DNA of 64,000 bases from the NCBI GenBank assembly GCA_016844925.1, contig JAERTI010000038.1, positions 66,936 to 130,935 of the forward strand. Direction: 5' to 3'. The notes beneath the pieces were generated by a model. The model saw only the letters and a program-made list of their open reading frames with translations. It searched no databases and had not been told where the DNA came from. Of this stretch, positions 58,598 to 64,000 are shown piece by piece. Each line of letters begins with the position of its first letter. Positions within the stretch are counted from its first letter, which is position 1. Origin of the DNA: Candidatus Uhrbacteria bacterium. Its GTDB lineage: Bacteria > Patescibacteriota > Patescibacteriia > UBA9934 > GWF2-40-263. Made by a program: the position numbers and the translations under genes.

Positions 58598-61117
58598 ATG
58601 CATGACAAGATAACCATCAAAGGTGCACGTGAGCACAATCTAAAAAATATTTCCTTGGAGCTTCCACGGAATAAGTTGATTTGTTTTACGGGGGTGAGTG
58701 GGTCAGGGAAGTCCTCGCTGGCTTTCGACACGATTTTTGCTGAGGGGCAGCGGCGATATGTAGAGAGTCTATCGGCGTACGCTCGACAGTTCTTGGGGCA
58801 GATGGAGAAGCCGAATGTGGATGAGATTGAGGGGCTGTCACCGGGAATCTCGATTGATCAGAAGGCCCATAGCCGCAACCCACGTTCTACCGTTGCGACC
58901 ATCACGGAGATTTACGACTATCTGCGTGTATTGTTTGCCCGTGTGGGGCAACCGCACTGTGTGAAGTGTGATGAGCCAATTCAGAAGCTGACCAATGAAG
59001 AGATGGTGGATTTGGTGCTGAGTCGTTCTGCCGGAGCAAAGAAAGGATCGATTAAAGTTTTGGCCCCGATTGTGCGCGGAAGAAAAGGAGAGTACTACCA
59101 GCTCCTGTATGACTTGTATAACTCTGGGTTCGCCAAGGTGCGTATTGATGGAACAGAATACCGTCTAGATCAGCAGATCAAGCTAGCGCGCTACAAGCAG
59201 CACACCATTGAGATTGTTGTCGACACGATTCCTGTGGCGAGTTTTGGTGCAGGGAAAAAGATCGACAAGGAGGCGCGCCAGCGTCTGGCGGATGCGATTG
59301 AGATCGGTGTAGATCGCGGAGAAGATGTGGTGAACATCATCTATCCAGATAAGAGCGAGCAGTTGCTGTCGGCCAAGTTCAGTTGTCCAAAGGATGGCTT
59401 TTCGTTTCCTGAGATTGAGCCACGACTGTTTTCGTTTAACTCACCTTATGGTGCGTGTAATGAATGTACGGGGCTTGGAACAGCCGAGCTGTACTCGGAA
59501 GAGTTGTGTGGCATGTGTTCCGGAGCACGTCTTCGTCAGGAGGCGCTGTATGTGTGGTTGCCTGAGAAGTTTTCGATCACAGATGTAACGGGCATGGCGA
59601 TCGCAGATGCGGTCGAGTATTTTAATGGCGTGACACTCAGTGATAAGCAAACGCAGATTGCGGGTTCGATCTTTAATGAGATTCAGAACCGTCTACAGTT
59701 TTTGTTGGACGTTGGGTTGCACTACCTCACGCTTGATCGACGAGCTGGGACGCTTAGTGGTGGAGAGGCGCAACGCATTCGTCTCGCGTCGCAGGTGGGA
59801 ACGCGGCTTGTGGGAGCAATGTATGTTCTTGATGAGCCAACGATTGGATTGCACCAGCGCGACAACGAGCGGTTGGTGGAGACCCTTGAGGCGCTGCGTG
59901 ATCTCGGGAACACGGTGTTGGTTGTGGAGCACGATGAAGACACAATGATTGCCAGTGATTACATGGTAGAGATCGGTCCTGGGGCCGGGCGCCATGGGGG
60001 TCATGTGGTGGCCGCTGGAACGACGCCGGAGATTTTTAACGATAAGAACTCCCTCACAGCAGCGTATCTGCGTGGCGATAAGAAGATTGAGGTACCAAAG
60101 GAACGTCGCACGGTTGGGCCGGCGGCGATTAAGGTGCACGGAGCGCAGCAGAATAACTTGAAGAATATCGATGTGGAGTTTCCTGTGCAGAAGTTTACCT
60201 GTGTTACGGGTGTTTCTGGATCGGGGAAGTCATCGCTTGCTTACGAGACCATGTACAAGGCGATTTCAAAACGCCTTTATCACAGCAAGCACACGCCAGG
60301 AAAACACAAAAAGATTACGGGGCTTGAGTATATCGATAAGGCGATCTTGATTGACCAAGGTGCCATTGGAAGATCATCACGATCGAATCCAGCAACGTAC
60401 ACAGGTGTGTGGGGGCCGGTTCGTGACTTGTTCGCCGCAACGGCAGAGGCTCGGTACCGTGGCTACAAAAAAGGACGCTTTAGTTTCAATCGTCCTGGAG
60501 GGCGTTGTGAGAACTGTGAGGGGCATGGGCAGATCGCGATCGAGATGCACTTCTTGCCGACGGTGTATGTGAAGTGTGATGTGTGTAAGGGACGTCGGTT
60601 TGATCGAGAGACGCTCGAGATTCTCTACAAGGAGAAAAACATCTTCCAGGTGTTGGAGATGACGGTGGAAGAGGGAGCGGAGTTCTTTAAGGATGTGCCA
60701 CCGATCCATGATCGACTCGACACCCTCAAGCGTGTGGGTCTCGAATACGTAAAACTCGGTCAACCGGCACCGACGCTCTCTGGTGGAGAGGCGCAGCGGG
60801 TGAAGCTCTCAACGGAGCTTGCGAAGCGACAGACGGGACGGACGCTGTACTTGCTCGACGAGCCAACAACAGGATTGCACTTTGAGGATGTGAAGAAGCT
60901 CTTGGAGGTATTGCATTGGTTGGTGGATAAGGGGAATACCGTGATCGTGATCGAGCACAACCTGGACGTGATCAAGACCGCAGATTGGTTGATCGATTTG
61001 GGACCTGAGGGAGGGGACTTGGGTGGAGAGATTGTCAAAACAGGAACACCGGAAGAGATCGCGCGATGTGGACGCAGTCACACGGGGAAGTATCTGAAGA
61101 AGGTGTTGAAGAAATAA
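58598..61117 (+). CDS. uvrA: Excinuclease ABC subunit A
   Basis: Two GVSGSGKS P-loops, two LSGGEAQR, zinc fingers. Confidence 0.98.
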   Translation: MHDKITIKGAREHNLKNISLELPRNKLICFTGVSGSGKSSLAFDTIFAEGQRRYVESLSAYARQFLGQMEKPNVDEIEGLSPGISIDQKAHSRNPRSTVATITEIYDYLRVLFARVGQPHCVKCDEPIQKLTNEEMVDLVLSRSAGAKKGSIKVLAPIVRGRKGEYYQLLYDLYNSGFAKVRIDGTEYRLDQQIKLARYKQHTIEIVVDTIPVASFGAGKKIDKEARQRLADAIEIGVDRGEDVVNIIYPDKSEQLLSAKFSCPKDGFSFPEIEPRLFSFNSPYGACNECTGLGTAELYSEELCGMCSGARLRQEALYVWLPEKFSITDVTGMAIADAVEYFNGVTLSDKQTQIAGSIFNEIQNRLQFLLDVGLHYLTLDRRAGTLSGGEAQRIRLASQVGTRLVGAMYVLDEPTIGLHQRDNERLVETLEALRDLGNTVLVVEHDEDTMIASDYMVEIGPGAGRHGGHVVAAGTTPEIFNDKNSLTAAYLRGDKKIEVPKERRTVGPAAIKVHGAQQNNLKNIDVEFPVQKFTCVTGVSGSGKSSLAYETMYKAISKRLYHSKHTPGKHKKITGLEYIDKAILIDQGAIGRSSRSNPATYTGVWGPVRDLFAATAEARYRGYKKGRFSFNRPGGRCENCEGHGQIAIEMHFLPTVYVKCDVCKGRRFDRETLEILYKEKNIFQVLEMTVEEGAEFFKDVPPIHDRLDTLKRVGLEYVKLGQPAPTLSGGEAQRVKLSTELAKRQTGRTLYLLDEPTTGLHFEDVKKLLEVLHWLVDKGNTVIVIEHNLDVIKTADWLIDLGPEGGDLGGEIVKTGTPEEIARCGRSHTGKYLKKVLKK

Positions 61118-61150
61118 AAAAGTAGGGCCTTAGCCCTACTTTTTTCTTGA

Positions 61151-61753
61151 TTATTCCACGATAAGGGTTCCTTCCATGCCGAAGGCACGGTGGGAGCCGA
61201 TGTCGCAGTAGTAAGCGTATGTTCCTGGCTCGGTAGGGGCGGTGAACTTGAGTGCCTCGCCTTCGCTGATGCTGAAGTTAATGTCGAGCTCGTCGATGAC
61301 AAAGGTGTGGAAGCCGGCGTTCTCAGTAAAGGTGATTTTCACGCTCGCCCCAGGCTCTACGGTAAGTGTATCAGGAGCAAAGAAGAAATTTCCACTCTGC
61401 ATGTCTACATTCACGTCGGCAGATGTTCCAAGAACGATGTCGACTACTTGTACATCATCTTCTGTTGGATCACTTACTTCTTCAATCTCTTCCTCAGCAG
61501 GAACGAAGGTAAGTTCTCCACCTTCGAGTTCAAGTGTAACCTCTTCGTCAGTTGTTGCCTCATCGGCAGTTGCCTGAGTGTCATCGGCAGGGAGAGCTTC
61601 TGCAGAATCCTCAGCTTCTTCAGCAGCTTCTTCTCCGGTGGTCTCCGCCTCGATTTCAGATGGAAGGTCTGTGTGAACCTCAGTTTCTACAGGGGCGGCA
61701 CAGCCAGCTCCTGCAAGCAGAACAACAGCCAGAACGGAAAATAGGTATTTCAT
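61151..61753 (-). CDS. Cupredoxin (plastocyanin/azurin-like) lipoprotein
   Basis: LAGAGC lipobox, acidic linker, H...YYCDIGSHRAFGM copper ligands. Confidence 0.88.
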   Translation of the reverse strand: MKYLFSVLAVVLLAGAGCAAPVETEVHTDLPSEIEAETTGEEAAEEAEDSAEALPADDTQATADEATTDEEVTLELEGGELTFVPAEEEIEEVSDPTEDDVQVVDIVLGTSADVNVDMQSGNFFFAPDTLTVEPGASVKITFTENAGFHTFVIDELDINFSISEGEALKFTAPTEPGTYAYYCDIGSHRAFGMEGTLIVE

Positions 61754-61832
61754 AGGGTTATTTTATGAGTCGTGAGGGCAGTTTATAGGAACTTTTTTGG
61801 CAGGACAAGCAGGGTGTGTACAATAGAAACAC

Positions 61833-63176
61833 ATGATTCCAAAGAGCATTACGATAAAGAATAAGATGCTTCCTGATGCCCCAGGGGTCTATTTATATTA
61901 TGACGAAGATGGAGAGTTGTTGTACGTGGGGAAAGCGACTTCGTTGAAACGGCGTGTGGGGTCGTATTTCACGAAGGCCCATGACAATCGGATTGGGGAG
62001 ATGGTGGGGCAGATCGCAAAGATTGATTACATTGAGACGCCGACGGTTATCGAAGCGTTGGTGCTTGAAGCGAATCAGATCAAGTCGCTCAAACCTAAAT
62101 ACAACATCCTCCAACGGGATGATAAGACGTTTTTGTATTTGGTGATTACGAATGAGCCGTACCCGCGGCCATTGTTGATTCGGGGGCATGAACTCAAGAA
62201 AATGGGAGTGAATCCGTTTTCGAGTACGCCGAGCAAAGAGATGGAAAAGAGGTTTAAGAGAGTCTTTGGACCGTACACATCGAGCCGGTCGCTCAAGATG
62301 GCATTGGAGTTGATTCGAAAGGTGATTCCGTGGAGCACCTGTCAGCCGCCGGAGGTTACGGGGAAGACTCGAGCGTGCTTCAATTCTCAGATAGGTAAGT
62401 GTCCTGGGGTGTGTGCTGGACGAGTGTCGAAGAGGGACTACCAGCGCTATATGAGGCAGCTGATCATGTTTTTTGATGGGAAGAAGATTCGGTTGGAGCG
62501 CTCGATTGAAAAAGAAATGCAGAAAGCGTCGAAGGCATTGCAGTTTGAGGAGGCAGCCGTGTGGCGACGGCGACTAAGGGCCCTTCAGCACATACAAGAC
62601 ATTGCGTTGATTTCCAAAGAGGATCACGAGCTTCCGTATCGAGACGTTGGTGCTGTAGACGGCATTGATCTTGAGGGGCGGATTGAGGCGTACGATATTA
62701 GTAATATCTCTGGAACAAATGCTGTGGGCTCCATGGTGGTGTTTGAGGAGGGGCGACCAGCGAAGGCTCAGTATCGAAAATTTAAGATTAAGACCGTGGA
62801 GGGGGCGAATGATGTAGCGATGATGGAGGAGGTGATTCGACGACGCTTGCGGCGTGCGGAGTTATATCCCAAGGCGTGGGTGTTGCCGGAGATTATGGTG
62901 ATTGATGGGGGGAAGCCGCAGGTGAATCGTGTGCAGCAGGTGCTCGATGAGTTGGGGATGAGTGTGCCGATTATCGGGCTGGCAAAGGGGTTTGATCGTA
63001 AGCAAGATCGTCTCGTGTTCGATCGAACAAATGAAGAGGTTCGGCGTGTGGCCACCAGAGGAAAAGAGGTGTTTCAGCGGGCTCGGGACGAAGCGCATCG
63101 GTTTGCGGTAAAATATCATCGAGAATTGAGAGGAAAGACCATGAGACCAAAGAAGAAAAAGAAAAAGACCCCGTGA
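61833..63176 (+). CDS. uvrC: Excinuclease ABC subunit C (short form ending after RDEAHRFA)
   Basis: GIY-YIG domain (PGVY..YVGKA), RIEAYDIS, IDGGKPQ, RDEAHRFA. Confidence 0.93.
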   Translation: MIPKSITIKNKMLPDAPGVYLYYDEDGELLYVGKATSLKRRVGSYFTKAHDNRIGEMVGQIAKIDYIETPTVIEALVLEANQIKSLKPKYNILQRDDKTFLYLVITNEPYPRPLLIRGHELKKMGVNPFSSTPSKEMEKRFKRVFGPYTSSRSLKMALELIRKVIPWSTCQPPEVTGKTRACFNSQIGKCPGVCAGRVSKRDYQRYMRQLIMFFDGKKIRLERSIEKEMQKASKALQFEEAAVWRRRLRALQHIQDIALISKEDHELPYRDVGAVDGIDLEGRIEAYDISNISGTNAVGSMVVFEEGRPAKAQYRKFKIKTVEGANDVAMMEEVIRRRLRRAELYPKAWVLPEIMVIDGGKPQVNRVQQVLDELGMSVPIIGLAKGFDRKQDRLVFDRTNEEVRRVATRGKEVFQRARDEAHRFAVKYHRELRGKTMRPKKKKKKTP

Positions 63177-63180
63177 GGAT

Positions 63181-63552
63181 CTAGGAACCTTCCGCAGAGG
63201 AAGGAAAGAGGAGTTGTTCGAGGAGCAACATGCCTTCATTGAGGTCTTTGATGACATGGCTCGCGCCACCGGCAACAGCGTTGTCTGCCCAGCCTTTCTC
63301 TGAGCACACGGCCACAACGGGGCCACTGAACCGGTCTCGACACCGACGTGTCATGCTGGTCGCGGTATAGGGGAGTCGCCAGTTGAATGGCGCAACAATG
63401 ACGAGATCGTAGGCCTCGAAGCTGTCCATCGAGAACAAGTTCTTCAACTCGTTTGCCGTTCGGAAGTAGCGAACCTGCACTCGTTGACTGACCCTGAGGA
63501 GGACTCGGTCTACCGAGTCACGGTAGGCACAAATCACCAGGACGTTTTTCAT
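63181..63552 (-). CDS. Degenerate response-regulator receiver-like protein (cassette class)
   Basis: NVLVI..YDLVIV..VVAVCS..AVAGGASHVIK pattern lacking the acidic pocket; SD GGAGGT. Confidence 0.65.
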   Translation of the reverse strand: MKNVLVICAYRDSVDRVLLRVSQRVQVRYFRTANELKNLFSMDSFEAYDLVIVAPFNWRLPYTATSMTRRCRDRFSGPVVAVCSEKGWADNAVAGGASHVIKDLNEGMLLLEQLLFPSSAEGS

Positions 63553-63596
63553 CTGGCACCTCCATGGGTGGCTGACTATAGTTAAACCTATATTGT

Positions 63597-63851
63597 ATGT
63601 TAAAGAACCGCAAACTTGAGACTATTACAGAGGCCGCAGGGTGGATCGGTGTGTTGGCCATCTTACTTGCTTACGCCTTAATTAGTTTCCAGATTGTTAA
63701 TGCTGAAAGTGTCTGGTACCACGGCCTTAACTTGGTGGGTGGTGTAGGGATTATTGTCGATGCGGTCGCGGATAAGAATTACCAACCTGCCGTGTTGAAT
63801 GTCGTTTGGATTGCCATTGCTATGTACGCGTTAACAAGGTTGTACTACTAA
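63597..63851 (+). CDS. Small 3-TM membrane protein (CBU_0592-like)
   Basis: GWIG..ILLAY...YHGLNLVG...LNVVW. Confidence 0.75.
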   Translation: MLKNRKLETITEAAGWIGVLAILLAYALISFQIVNAESVWYHGLNLVGGVGIIVDAVADKNYQPAVLNVVWIAIAMYALTRLYY

Positions 63852-63855
63852 GCAT

Positions 63856-64000
63856 ATGGCCATGGAATTGACCCACGTTCGTTTCGCACATGATTTAAAG
63901 GAGGTGCTTCAGGTACAGGATGAGATGGCTTACTATGCGGGCGCTATTTATCCTGACTCACGGTACATATCAGGCATTGATCGAGCGAAGACACATGGTG
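63856..64000 (+). CDS. Hypothetical protein, N-terminal part (possibly Zn-dependent phospholipase C-like)
   Basis: Open to window end; TH..FA...GAIYPD motif. Confidence 0.55.
   Translation, partial: MAMELTHVRFAHDLKEVLQVQDEMAYYAGAIYPDSRYISGIDRAKTHG

Noticed and set aside
1-64000. Alternative genetic code 25 (TGA = Gly)
   Set aside because: Conserved genes (nifU, ftsW, ftsE, ftsX, uvrC) end at TGA at expected lengths and contain no internal TGA.

Overview
This window looks like chromosome from a Patescibacteria/CPR-like bacterium (inferred from gene content, Shine-Dalgarno-less core genes and an LAGAGC-type lipobox; standard code with TGA as stop). The housekeeping backbone contains a partial Fe/Mn SOD, pgi, bcp, rplI, pyrG, rpmA, nifU, mraY-ftsW-murG, murD, murE, ftsEX, murI, a nadM-like gene, a copper cluster with copA, uvrB-uvrA-uvrC and tRNA-Lys, tRNA-Thr and tRNA-Gln. 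About 27 genes of a second class are interleaved with it. Most are single-gene or short-operon units with a near-consensus TTGAC(A)-N17-TAnnnT promoter, a strong Shine-Dalgarno (AGGAG/GGAGG/GAAAGG), mostly G/C-ending codons and their own intrinsic terminator, often with an ACGCA loop. Backbone genes have mixed codon endings and essentially no SD. Unrelated ORFs of this class share near-identical promoter and terminator parts and form a dense array at 43.4-56.4 kb, with no integrase or transposase in the window. Their products include a divergent FtsH, a CoaD-CoaE fusion/Ser-Thr kinase/vWA operon, a CinA-like-nucleotidyltransferase fusion, a NUDIX hydrolase, an HD hydrolase, USP plus a CDF transporter, degenerate receiver and HTH proteins, and micro-peptides. 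This cassette class is the best candidate for an undescribed system. All counts and alignments were made by eye; no searches were run.
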